Shown: piece by piece, positions 37,396-46,785 of the stretch | Layout of the letters: each line of letters begins with the position of its first letter | Numbering within the stretch: the stretch's first letter is position 1 | Source: an uncultured Muribaculaceae bacterium | GTDB lineage: Bacteria > Bacillota_I > Bacilli_A > RF39 > UBA660 | Length of the DNA stretch: 58,557 nt | Direction: 5' to 3' | NCBI GenBank assembly: GCA_964369625.1 | Contig: CAYJFC010000001.1 | Location: forward strand, 1 to 58,557 | Translations under genes and position numbers: made by a program | Notes under the pieces: model-generated | The model's input: the letters and a program-made list of their open reading frames with translations, nothing else | The model's database searches: none | What the model was told of the DNA's origin: nothing

Positions 37396-38154
37396 GTGGA
37401 AAAAATAAATCTGGTTGTTGTAGATGGAAATGAGGAAGTAACAAGCAGTATTAAAAATTATTTTGAAGTTCGTAGTGATATTAATATAGTAGCAAATTTC
37501 AAGGATGGTAATGAGGCTTTGGATTATTTAATAAATCCAAATAGTAATTACGATGTAATATTAATGGATTTAATATTGCCTAATATAGATGGAATTAACA
37601 TCTTAGAAAATATGAAAAGAAGAAAGATAAATAAAAAAATTATAGTGCTTTCAAGTTATATAAGTGAAGATAGCACTAAAAAAGTAGCAAGTTTAGGTGT
37701 AAATTATTATATGCTTAAACCATTTGATTTAAATTCTTTAGATGAAAGAATCAAAGATTTGTATAAAGTAAATGAATATAATTCAAATAAAAAAGCAAAT
37801 TTAGAAATTGAAGTAAGTAGCATGCTTCATAATTTGGGAATACCATCTCATGTAAGGGGTTATCAATATATTAGAGATGGAGTAATATTACTTTTTAACA
37901 GAAATTCATTTGTAAGTTATATTACAAAAGATGTTTATCCCGAGATAGCAGAAAAATACGATACTACATCGTCAAGAGTGGAAAGAGCTATAAGGCATGC
38001 AATAGAAATTAGTTGGGATAGAGGAGATTTGAATTTAATGGAAGATTTATTTGGGCATAGTGTTGATTATGAAAGAAGTAAACCAACTAACTCAGAATAT
38101 ATTAATACTTTAGCAGATAGAGTCAAACTTAAAAGTAAAATGGTTATAGCATAG
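37396..38154 (+). CDS. spo0A: Sporulation master regulator Spo0A
   Basis: A receiver domain (phospho-Asp context VILMDLILPNIDG) plus the diagnostic Spo0A C-domain (SSRVERAIRHAIEISW, KPTNSEYI). GTG start after AAAGGA. Confidence 0.93.
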   Translation: MEKINLVVVDGNEEVTSSIKNYFEVRSDINIVANFKDGNEALDYLINPNSNYDVILMDLILPNIDGINILENMKRRKINKKIIVLSSYISEDSTKKVASLGVNYYMLKPFDLNSLDERIKDLYKVNEYNSNKKANLEIEVSSMLHNLGIPSHVRGYQYIRDGVILLFNRNSFVSYITKDVYPEIAEKYDTTSSRVERAIRHAIEISWDRGDLNLMEDLFGHSVDYERSKPTNSEYINTLADRVKLKSKMVIA

Positions 38155-38221
38155 ATCTATACCTTTTTTATGGAATAAAAAAGTAAAATATGTTAAAATA
38201 TATATAGAAGAGGCGAAAAAA

Positions 38222-39715
38222 ATGAAAAAAATATTGATGGTTATATTTGATGGATTTGGTCTTAGAGAAGAAAAAACAGGAAATGCTATATTAAATGCAA
38301 ATATGAAAAATTATCAAGACTTGTGGGATAATTATCCACATAGTTCACTTGAGGCATCTGGAAGTTTTGTAGGACTTAAGGATGGTCAATTTGGTAACAG
38401 TGAAGTAGGACATATGACTATAGGTGCAGGTAGGCTTATTAAACAACATGAAACTATAGTTACAGAATTTTTAGAAAAAGAATACGAAGAAAATACAGAA
38501 TTTACTAACATGCTTTCAAAAAAAGATAAACATTTTCATATAATGGGGTTATGTAGTGATGGTAATGTGCATGCTAATATTAATCATTTTATAAAATTAT
38601 TTGATATACTTGTTAAAAATGAAATAAAGCATATTCATTTTCATTTAATCACTGATGGAAGAGATACAATGGTGATGCAAGCTAATGAGTACATAAAGGC
38701 TATTGAAGATAGAATTGAATTACATAGAGTTGGGGATATTACATCAATATGTGGAAGATACTATGCAATGGATCGTGATGAAAATTTAGAAAGAACAAAA
38801 ATATATTACGATTTAGTTGTTAAAGGTGTAGGTATTGGAGCAATAGATCCTCATAAAGCTATACAAAATGGTTATGATAGAGGTATAACTGATGAATTCA
38901 TTAAACCTATGATTTTAAATATTAACAATAAAATAAAAAATGATGATGTACTTATCTGGATGAATTATAGATCCGATAGAGCGAAACAAATATTAACAGC
39001 ATTAACAGAGGAAACAATAGGATCTTTTAATGATGTACATTTAAAAGAATTATCAGTATATTCATTTTTACCAGTAGATAAAAATATAAAAACTATTAAT
39101 TTTAACGAATTAGAGGACGTAACTAATCCACTAGGAATGTATTTATCTAAGTTAGGTATAACACAAGCTAGGGTAGCAGAAAGTGAAAAATATCCACATG
39201 TAACATATTTTTTTGATGGTGGATATAATGGAAAAATAGATAATTGTAGTAAATTTGAAGTAGCATCTCCAGATGTTGCAACCTATGATTTAAAACCGGA
39301 AATGAGTGCAACTGGAGTAACAAAAAAAACAATAAAGTTAATGGAAGAGGATAAGGAGTTTATTCTTATAAATTTTGCTAATCCAGATATGGTAGGTCAT
39401 ACGGGAAATTTTGAAGCATCTATTACTGCATGTAAAGTGTTAGATTTATGTTTGGAAAAATTAATTGAAGCGGCAGATGATAATTTTTATAAATTGATTC
39501 TTTTAGCTGACCATGGTAATGCTGATATTATGATTGATGAAAATAATAATATATGTACAACTCATACAATTAATAAAGTTCCCTTTATTATAAGGGATTC
39601 CAGTATAAATTTAAAATCGGAGGGAGATTTAACTATGGTAGCTCCAACGGTTCTTCATTATATGGATATTGCAGTTCCTAAAGAAATGCAAAATACTGAA
39701 ATATTAATTAAGTAA
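38222..39715 (+). CDS. gpmI: 2,3-bisphosphoglycerate-independent phosphoglycerate mutase
   Basis: Has FDGFG, NSEVGHMTIGAGR, ANPDMVGHTG and ADHGNA motifs. Confidence 0.93.
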   Translation: MKKILMVIFDGFGLREEKTGNAILNANMKNYQDLWDNYPHSSLEASGSFVGLKDGQFGNSEVGHMTIGAGRLIKQHETIVTEFLEKEYEENTEFTNMLSKKDKHFHIMGLCSDGNVHANINHFIKLFDILVKNEIKHIHFHLITDGRDTMVMQANEYIKAIEDRIELHRVGDITSICGRYYAMDRDENLERTKIYYDLVVKGVGIGAIDPHKAIQNGYDRGITDEFIKPMILNINNKIKNDDVLIWMNYRSDRAKQILTALTEETIGSFNDVHLKELSVYSFLPVDKNIKTINFNELEDVTNPLGMYLSKLGITQARVAESEKYPHVTYFFDGGYNGKIDNCSKFEVASPDVATYDLKPEMSATGVTKKTIKLMEEDKEFILINFANPDMVGHTGNFEASITACKVLDLCLEKLIEAADDNFYKLILLADHGNADIMIDENNNICTTHTINKVPFIIRDSSINLKSEGDLTMVAPTVLHYMDIAVPKEMQNTEILIK

Positions 39716-39744
39716 CTAAGTGTAAAGCTTAGTTATTATCTTTT
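39713..39744 (+). terminator. Rho-independent terminator after gpmI
   Basis: 8-bp stem taactaag/cttagtta with loop tgtaaag, followed by ttatctttt. Confidence 0.55.
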
Positions 39745-39771
39745 GACACAATGTAACAAATATGTTATAAT
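39743..39771 (+). promoter_or_regulatory. Consensus sigma-A promoter (TTGACA-17-TATAAT with a TG extension)
   Basis: TTGACA at 39743-39748, TG at 39763-39764, and TATAAT at 39766-39771. Confidence 0.7.
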
Positions 39772-39794
39772 ACGAAACATATTTAGGGGGATTT

Positions 39795-40406
39795 ATGTTT
39801 GATCAAAAAACAATGGAATATAAGGAACTTGACTTAAATAACTTACATGTTGAATTAAGGAAAATATATAATGATATTACTATTGTTACAAAGGAAAAAA
39901 ATAATATTGTAAAAGATATTGATCAAGTAAATGAAGAAATAAAAAGCAAAAAGAATTTAAATAGAAAATTAATATTAGGAAATATAGTTTCTTGTATAGT
40001 TGGATCAATAATGGCATTAAGTATAACTGGAATCATACCTGCGGTTATATGTGTTTATTTAGTTATCTCAGCAGTAAGTATTAAAAATACAATTGATATT
40101 CATAAAAAAATAAATTTAAAAAATAAATTAAACAATAAATTTAAGGCCCATATCATAAATAAAAAGGATTTAATTGCTGAATTTAAAAAAAGTGCTGAAA
40201 CTTTTAATTTATTGGAAAGTGCCTATAAAGATTATTGTCAGTGTTATAAAAATGAAATATTATCAGAAAAGGTAGATGAATATCAAAGAAATATAAATGA
40301 AATACAACTTGATGTTGATAAAATAAATTCAATGTATGATTTAGTTCCGCAGGAACTTTTAGAAAATATGATTTTTATAGAACTACTTATGGGAAGAAAT
40401 AGATAG
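39795..40406 (+). CDS. Hypothetical coiled-coil protein with a central TM hairpin (203 aa)
   Basis: The ORF has a GGGGG SD and two adjacent hydrophobic segments (LILGNIVSCIVGSIMALSITGIIPAVICVYLVISAVSI). These are flanked by K/E/N-rich helical regions. Confidence 0.6.
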   Translation: MFDQKTMEYKELDLNNLHVELRKIYNDITIVTKEKNNIVKDIDQVNEEIKSKKNLNRKLILGNIVSCIVGSIMALSITGIIPAVICVYLVISAVSIKNTIDIHKKINLKNKLNNKFKAHIINKKDLIAEFKKSAETFNLLESAYKDYCQCYKNEILSEKVDEYQRNINEIQLDVDKINSMYDLVPQELLENMIFIELLMGRNR

Positions 40407-40414
40407 AGGTAAAT

Positions 40415-41755
40415 ATGGAAGATACAATTTGTAGTATAGCTACTAGTGTTAACAGTGGTGCAATAGCCATTATAAGAGTGTCAGGTAAAGATGCTATTTT
40501 AACTGTTAATGAAATATTTTCTAAAGATATAACTAATATGGAAAGTCATACCATAAATTATGGTCATATAATTTATAATAACTCTATAATAGATGAAGTT
40601 CTACTGATGCTGATGAAAGCTCCTAAAACGTATACTTGTGAAGATGTTATAGAAATAAATTGTCATGGTGGTATAAATACTACAAATAAAATATTGGAAA
40701 TATTATTAGAAAAAGGAATAAGATTAGCTGAAAATGGAGAATTTACTAAAAGAGCATTTTTAAATGGAAGAATAGATTTAACTAAAGCAGAAGCAGTAAA
40801 TGATTTATTAATGGCTAATTCAGATAGTTCTAGAGATATGGCTATGAATGCCTTAAACGGACGATTATATAGCAAAATAAATGATTTAAGAAGCGATATA
40901 GGAAAAATTTTAGCAAATATAGAAGTTAATATAGATTATCCAGAATATACTGACGAACTAGAAGTAACAGAATCACTTATGGATAAATATTTGGAAGAAA
41001 TTAACAATAAACTCAAACAAATAATAAAAGATTCGAAAAATGGACAAATTATTAAAAATGGAATAAATGTAGTTATTATAGGAAGGCCAAACGTCGGTAA
41101 GTCTAGTTTGTTAAATGCATTTTTAGACGAAAAAAAAGCAATTGTTACAAACATACCAGGTACTACAAGAGATATTGTTGAAGGAACAATTACTTTATCC
41201 AACATTACAATAAACTTTGTTGACACTGCGGGAATTAGAGAAACAACTGATGTTGTGGAAAAAATAGGCGTGGAAAAAAGTTTTGAAAAGTCAGAAAAAG
41301 CTGATTTGATTATATTAGTACTTAATAATAATGAAGAATTAACATATGAAGATAAAAATTTGTTAGAAAGTGTTGATAAATCCAAAAGAATAATATTTGT
41401 TAATAAAGATGATTTAGATAGTAAATTAATAATTGAAGAAGAAGTTATATATGGAAATACTACTAAACTAAATGGTATAGATAATTTGAAAAATGCTATA
41501 ATAGATAAATTAAAATTATCGGATATAACAAACTCTGACATGATATTTTTAGGAAATGTTAGGCAAATAAACCTTGTGAAAAAAGCTAGCGTTTCACTTG
41601 AAAATGCACTTAATGGTAAAGAAAATAATATGCCAATAGATTTAATTGAAATAGATATAAAAAATGCATGGCAATATTTAGGTGAATTAACAGGTGAATT
41701 TTATGAAGATGAATTAGTAGATAAAATATTTAGTAATTTTTGTTTAGGAAAATAA
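40415..41755 (+). CDS. mnmE: tRNA modification GTPase MnmE
   Basis: G1 GRPNVGKSS, G3 DTAGIR, NKDD, and the C-terminal FCLGK. Confidence 0.95.
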   Translation: MEDTICSIATSVNSGAIAIIRVSGKDAILTVNEIFSKDITNMESHTINYGHIIYNNSIIDEVLLMLMKAPKTYTCEDVIEINCHGGINTTNKILEILLEKGIRLAENGEFTKRAFLNGRIDLTKAEAVNDLLMANSDSSRDMAMNALNGRLYSKINDLRSDIGKILANIEVNIDYPEYTDELEVTESLMDKYLEEINNKLKQIIKDSKNGQIIKNGINVVIIGRPNVGKSSLLNAFLDEKKAIVTNIPGTTRDIVEGTITLSNITINFVDTAGIRETTDVVEKIGVEKSFEKSEKADLIILVLNNNEELTYEDKNLLESVDKSKRIIFVNKDDLDSKLIIEEEVIYGNTTKLNGIDNLKNAIIDKLKLSDITNSDMIFLGNVRQINLVKKASVSLENALNGKENNMPIDLIEIDIKNAWQYLGELTGEFYEDELVDKIFSNFCLGK

Positions 41756-41763
41756 AATTGATA

Positions 41764-42195
41764 TTAATTATCAATTTTTTTATGCATGAAGTACAAGTAA
41801 AGGGATAAAGGAAATAAAGCTAGATTAAATATTGAAAATAGTAATAAATAAATATTGAATTTACATGTATCTATTTCTTTTTTCATATAATATAAAGAAA
41901 ATATACTAACAGGTATTCTTAACAGTATAAATATAACAAAAAAAGCCACTACAATTTCAAACTTTAATAAAAATACTATTACGTAATTAAAAAAAGTAAT
42001 CACAGATAAGAATAAATAAATAGGGTAATATAATAAATTTATATTAGTAGATAGATCATAATAAACATTGGGAATAATATAAAAATTCAAATCATAATTA
42101 TATACTAAATAGTTTTTAATTATCAATGAAATGCAAGCCAATGAATATATGATTAAGATTGCATTAATTGTATGTTTAATAATATTATTTTTCAC
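41764..42195 (-). CDS. Hypothetical polytopic membrane protein (143 aa)
   Basis: Four hydrophobic segments. It is the only - strand gene in this stretch, and I recognise no family. Confidence 0.5.
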   Translation of the reverse strand: MKNNIIKHTINAILIIYSLACISLIIKNYLVYNYDLNFYIIPNVYYDLSTNINLLYYPIYLFLSVITFFNYVIVFLLKFEIVVAFFVIFILLRIPVSIFSLYYMKKEIDTCKFNIYLLLFSIFNLALFPLSLYLYFMHKKIDN

Positions 42196-42227
42196 GTTTA
42201 CCTCTAGTACAATTATAACACATTATA

Positions 42228-42236
42228 TGTTATAAT
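42228..42236 (+). promoter_or_regulatory. Extended -10 element (TGTTATAAT)
   Basis: Lies about 20 nt upstream of the 42258 ATG. Confidence 0.4.
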
Positions 42237-42257
42237 ACGATTAAGAGAGGAGTAAAT

Positions 42258-42893
42258 ATGAAAGAAGTATTTAACAAAATATTTTTGTGGCTAGGAATAG
42301 GATTAATTATATCTTTTGTTATGGGGTATTATTTATCAAATAACATTGAAATATTAGAAACGTATGTATATGGAATAGGACTACTACCTATCACAATAGC
42401 AACGCTAGTAATAGCATTTTTGTTTAAATTATTACTACTGAAATTGCCAACACCAATAATGTATGTTTTATATATACTATTTTCTTCATTAATAGGATTT
42501 ACTATTGCAAGTATTTTTATTTATTACGAATTATCTTCAATAATATCAATGTTGATGCTAACAGCAATTATATTTATGGCTATGGCTTTATATGGATATT
42601 TAACAAAAAAAGACTTATTATCGTTTGGTAAAATGTTAATGTTTGGTTTATTAATAGTGATAATATTTTCAGTAATAAATATATTTATAGGAAATGAAAC
42701 ATTCGAAGTAATTATTACTGCAGTAAGTGCATTAATATTTGTCGGATTTATCGGTTATGATATTCAGAAAATAAAATCAATGTACAATGAAATAGATGAC
42801 TCAAAATTAGTAATTTATGGGGCATTCGAACTTTATTTAGATTTTATAAATCTATTCTTAGATTTAATAAGATTGTTTGGAAAACAAAAGTAG
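42258..42893 (+). CDS. Bax inhibitor-1/YccA family membrane protein
   Basis: Seven TM segments and the typical C-terminus (GAFELYLDFINLFLDLIRLFG). Confidence 0.8.
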   Translation: MKEVFNKIFLWLGIGLIISFVMGYYLSNNIEILETYVYGIGLLPITIATLVIAFLFKLLLLKLPTPIMYVLYILFSSLIGFTIASIFIYYELSSIISMLMLTAIIFMAMALYGYLTKKDLLSFGKMLMFGLLIVIIFSVINIFIGNETFEVIITAVSALIFVGFIGYDIQKIKSMYNEIDDSKLVIYGAFELYLDFINLFLDLIRLFGKQK

Positions 42894-42939
42894 AAAGCTC
42901 TACTTTTTTTGTTAAATAAATGAATAAAAAAAAATAATA

Positions 42940-42948
42940 TGTTATAAT
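42940..42948 (+). promoter_or_regulatory. Extended -10 element (TGTTATAAT)
   Basis: Lies about 27 nt upstream of the 42976 ATG. Confidence 0.4.
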
Positions 42949-42975
42949 AATTTACATGAAAGGCGTGAATTTATC

Positions 42976-43353
42976 ATGAATAAAAAAGAATTAATTGACT
43001 TATATAATACCTTAGATTTTAAAGAGGAGTGTATTATTGTTTCAGGTGGGTCACTTGTAATTCAAAATTTAAGAGATGTAACAGAGGATTTAGATATTTT
43101 TATTGAAGAAGAAACATTTGAAAAAATAAAAGAAAAATATAATATAAATCACAGTGATGTTAATTATAAAGGTACATTTAATTTAACTGATAATATCGAA
43201 TGTAAAATAGTGGATTTTAAAAAAGAAAATTATGATATAGTTGATGGAATTAAAGTAGAATCTTTAGAAAGTGTTTATAAATTCAAAAAAGGATTAAATA
43301 GAGATAAAGATCAAAAAGATATCAAAAAATTAGAAGAGGTATTAAATAAATGA
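42976..43353 (+). CDS. Small protein with a minimal nucleotidyltransferase-fold signature (125 aa)
   Basis: VSGGSLVIQNLRDVTEDLDIFI fits the GS-x(n)-DxD pattern of pol-beta-type NTases. Its stop overlaps the mnmG start. Confidence 0.45.
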   Translation: MNKKELIDLYNTLDFKEECIIVSGGSLVIQNLRDVTEDLDIFIEEETFEKIKEKYNINHSDVNYKGTFNLTDNIECKIVDFKKENYDIVDGIKVESLESVYKFKKGLNRDKDQKDIKKLEEVLNK

Positions 43354-45158
43354 TAGATATACTTGTAGTAGGTGGAGGACATGCTGGTTGTGAAGCAGCA
43401 CATATTTCAGCAGTGTTAGGTAAAAAAACTGTGCTTTTAACAATGAATAAAAAAAATATAGCAGATATGGCATGTAACCCATCAATAGGGGGTACATCAA
43501 AGGGTGTAATAGTAAGAGAAGTAGACGCTTTAGGTGGATTGATGGGTAAAGTTGCTGACATTTCGCATTTTCAAATAAAAATGTTAAATGCATCAAAAGG
43601 TCCAGCAGTAAGATGTTTACGAGCTCAAGCAGATAAAATTATATATCCACAAAATATGTTAAAAGCTTTAGAAAACACGCCTAATCTTGAAATAATAGAA
43701 GGCAAAGTAGAAAATTTAATCATTGAAAACAATGTGGTAACGGGTGTTATTTTAGATAATGGAGACAAACTTTATAGTAAGAGTGTAATACTCACAACGG
43801 GCACTTATACTAAATCAAATATTTTAGTAGGAAACAGAAGCGTGGCTTCAGGCCCTCATGGAGAAGATAGATCAAATTATTTATCAGATAATTTAAAAAA
43901 ATTAGGAATGGATATTATAAGACTTAAAACAGGTACTCCTCCAAGAATTAAAGCTGATACAATAAATTTTGATGTAACTCAAGAAGAAAAAGGAGATAAC
44001 AAATTATATACTTTTAGTTTTGATAATGAACCTAGTTATGATATAACCAAACAAAAAAGTTGTTATTTAGTTTTTACAAATGAAAAAACACATAAAATAA
44101 TTAATGATAATTTAGATAAAAGTGCTATGTACGGAGGTCATGTAACGGGAGTAGGGCCAAGATACTGTCCATCAATAGAGGACAAAATAGTTCGTTTTAA
44201 AGAAAAAGAAAGGCATCAATTATTTTTAGAACCAGAAAGCGAATATTTAGATGAATGGTATTTACAAGGATTTTCTACTAGTATGCCAGAAGAAGTACAA
44301 GATTTAATGGTAAGAAGTATTATAGGATTAGAAAATGCAGTAATTACAAAATACGCATATGCAATAGAATATGATGCTATAAACCCTTTACAAATAAAAC
44401 CTTCTTTAGAAAATAAACTTATAGAAAATTTATTTACAGCAGGTCAAATTAATGGAACAAGTGGTTATGAAGAAGCAGCAGGTCAAGGAATCATAGCTGG
44501 TATAAATGCCTCTTTAAAACAAGATGGAAAAAATCCAGTGATACTGAGAAGAGACGAAGCTTATATAGGTGTTTTAATAGATGACTTAGTCACAAAAGGT
44601 ACTATAGAGCCATACCGCATGTTAACATCAAGAGCTGAGTTTAGATTAATTTTAAGACATGATAATGCTGATCTTAGACTAAGAAGTATAGGATATAACG
44701 CGGGAACAATAAGTAAAGATAGATATCAACAACTTATTAACAAGAAAGCGAATATCAGCTACGTGCTAGAATATTTAAAAAACAATAATATAAAATTAGA
44801 GGGTAAAACAATTACTTTGTATGAGTATTTAAAAAGACCAGAAATAAATATTGTAGATATAGTAAATTTAAGTTATTCTAGTGAAGTGCTTGAACAAGCT
44901 GAAATATTTGTGAAATATGAAGGATACATAAAAAAAGCTTATGAACAAGCAAATAAAATGAAAAAATTAGAGGAAAAGGAAATACCTTCTGATATAAATT
45001 ATGAAAAAGTTACTAATTTAGCAAGTGAAGCTAGACAAAAATTAAGTCAAATAAGACCAAAAACAATAGCTCAAGCTACAAGAATTAGCGGGGTAAATCC
45101 TGCTGACATATCAGTTTTAGTAGTATATTTAAAAAAGGAGTATGGCAAAAATGAATAA
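43350..45158 (+). CDS. mnmG: tRNA uridine 5-carboxymethylaminomethyl modification enzyme MnmG
   Basis: FAD motif VVGGGHAGCEAA, plus GPRYCPSIEDK and GQINGTSGYEEAA. Confidence 0.95.
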   Translation: MIDILVVGGGHAGCEAAHISAVLGKKTVLLTMNKKNIADMACNPSIGGTSKGVIVREVDALGGLMGKVADISHFQIKMLNASKGPAVRCLRAQADKIIYPQNMLKALENTPNLEIIEGKVENLIIENNVVTGVILDNGDKLYSKSVILTTGTYTKSNILVGNRSVASGPHGEDRSNYLSDNLKKLGMDIIRLKTGTPPRIKADTINFDVTQEEKGDNKLYTFSFDNEPSYDITKQKSCYLVFTNEKTHKIINDNLDKSAMYGGHVTGVGPRYCPSIEDKIVRFKEKERHQLFLEPESEYLDEWYLQGFSTSMPEEVQDLMVRSIIGLENAVITKYAYAIEYDAINPLQIKPSLENKLIENLFTAGQINGTSGYEEAAGQGIIAGINASLKQDGKNPVILRRDEAYIGVLIDDLVTKGTIEPYRMLTSRAEFRLILRHDNADLRLRSIGYNAGTISKDRYQQLINKKANISYVLEYLKNNNIKLEGKTITLYEYLKRPEINIVDIVNLSYSSEVLEQAEIFVKYEGYIKKAYEQANKMKKLEEKEIPSDINYEKVTNLASEARQKLSQIRPKTIAQATRISGVNPADISVLVVYLKKEYGKNE

Positions 45159-45867
45159 AAATGAATTTGTATTAAATTTAAAAAAATTAAATATTAATAT
45201 AACAGAAGAGCAATTAAACACATTAGAAAAATATTATTTATATTTAAAAGAGTATAATCAGCATACTAACTTAACTAGAATCATAGAAGAAAAAGATGTA
45301 TATTTAAAACATTTTTATGATAGTTTAACAATAGTTAAAGTTATAAATTTAAATGAAATAAGTAATTTGTTAGATATTGGAGCAGGAGCTGGTTTTCCAG
45401 GCGTAGTATTAAAAATAATGTTTCCACATTTAGAAATAACACTACTAGATTCTAATAATAAAAAAACTAAGTTTTTAACTTCCTTGTTAGAAAAAATAAA
45501 TCTTAAAATTAATGTAATAAATGATCGCGCAGAAAATTATGCAAAAAACAATTTAAATAAATTTGACTTAGTTACAGCAAGAGCTGTAGCAAATTTAAGA
45601 GTATTATCTGAATTATGTGTACCATTTGTGAAAAAAGACGGATATTTTATAGCCATGAAAGGTAGTAGTGACGTGGAATTAGATGAAGCTAATGAAACTT
45701 TAAATATATTAAGTATGGAATTAGTAAAAATAGAAAAATTTAATTTACCAATTGAAAATTCTGAAAGAAGCATATTAATGTTTAAAAAAAATAATGAATT
45801 TAAATTGAAAAATTTACGTCTATATGAAAAAATAGTTAAAAATCCATTGAAAAATTTAGCAAAATAA
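45151..45867 (+). CDS. rsmG: 16S rRNA (guanine527-N7)-methyltransferase
   Basis: Contains NLTRI......YLKHFYDS and DIGAGAGFPG. I prefer the ATG at 45151 because its spacing to AAGGAG is better. Confidence 0.9.
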   Translation: MNKNEFVLNLKKLNINITEEQLNTLEKYYLYLKEYNQHTNLTRIIEEKDVYLKHFYDSLTIVKVINLNEISNLLDIGAGAGFPGVVLKIMFPHLEITLLDSNNKKTKFLTSLLEKINLKINVINDRAENYAKNNLNKFDLVTARAVANLRVLSELCVPFVKKDGYFIAMKGSSDVELDEANETLNILSMELVKIEKFNLPIENSERSILMFKKNNEFKLKNLRLYEKIVKNPLKNLAK

Positions 45868-45900
45868 TGTAAAATTAATAACAGAATAGGGGTTACAGAG

Positions 45901-46785
45901 GTGAATAATAATAATACAGTATTGCAAATACCAATTGAGGATTTAATACCTAATCGTTTTCAACCACGATTATCTTTTGATGATGCTTCATTAAAAGAAT
46001 TAGCCGCTTCAATTAAAGAACATGGAATAATACAACCACTTGTTATACGAAAAATAAACGGAAAGTATGAAATAATTGCTGGAGAAAGAAGATATAGAGC
46101 TGCAAAAATGGTAGGATTATTATCCGTTCCTGCTATAATAAATGAATTATCAGATGGCCAAAGTGCTGAAGTAGCTATTGTTGAAAACGTTCAAAGAAAA
46201 GATTTAACTGCAATAGAAGAAGCAAGAAGTTATAAAGCTTTACTTGATAAAGGTTTAATGAGCCAAGAGGATTTAGCAAAAAAAATGGGATTATCTCAAA
46301 GTTCTATTTCTAATAAATTAAGATTGCTATCACTAAGTGATATTGTGCAAGATGCAATTTTAAATGAAAAAATATCTGAAAGACACGCAAGAAGTTTATT
46401 AAAGATAGAAAATTTTGAAGATCAAAATAAATTGCTTGATCAAATATTAACAAGAAGATTAACGGTTAAACAATTAGAAGAAGAAATAAAAAAAATTCTT
46501 CCGAAAAAGGAAGAAGAAGTTATATCTCCAATTGATTTAACTATTGAAGAAGATAAAACAGTAGTTTCTGAAATTAGAAAAACAAATAAATTTTTTAATT
46601 TTATATCAGATCCTATTGAAACAAAAAAAGAAGAAGAAATAGAAATGTTAGATGACTTTTTTCTTCCTAAAACAAATGAAAAATTAGATAAATTAAAAGA
46701 ATTTTTAACACAAGAAGGAATTAATATTTTAGAAGAAAAAACGGAAAATGATCAAACTATATTAAAATTAATTATTAAGGATTAG
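45901..46785 (+). CDS. noc: ParB-family protein of the Noc (nucleoid occlusion) type
   Basis: GTG start after AGGGG. It has IPNRFQPR, GERRYRAA, and the HTH region LSQSSISNKLRLL...ISERHARSL. These resemble B. subtilis Noc as I recall it (IPNRFQPR, QSTIANKLRLL, ITERHARAL) rather than Spo0J (RPNPYQPR, RPHIANHLRLL, LSMGHGRTL). Its position right after rsmG matches B. subtilis noc. Confidence 0.7.
   Translation: MNNNNTVLQIPIEDLIPNRFQPRLSFDDASLKELAASIKEHGIIQPLVIRKINGKYEIIAGERRYRAAKMVGLLSVPAIINELSDGQSAEVAIVENVQRKDLTAIEEARSYKALLDKGLMSQEDLAKKMGLSQSSISNKLRLLSLSDIVQDAILNEKISERHARSLLKIENFEDQNKLLDQILTRRLTVKQLEEEIKKILPKKEEEVISPIDLTIEEDKTVVSEIRKTNKFFNFISDPIETKKEEEIEMLDDFFLPKTNEKLDKLKEFLTQEGINILEEKTENDQTILKLIIKD

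Noticed and set aside
39760-42241. The identical 16-mer ATATGTTATAATACGA at 39760-39775 and 42226-42241 as a dispersed repeat element.
   Set aside because: The identity is confined to the extended -10 region of two promoters. The flanks do not align.
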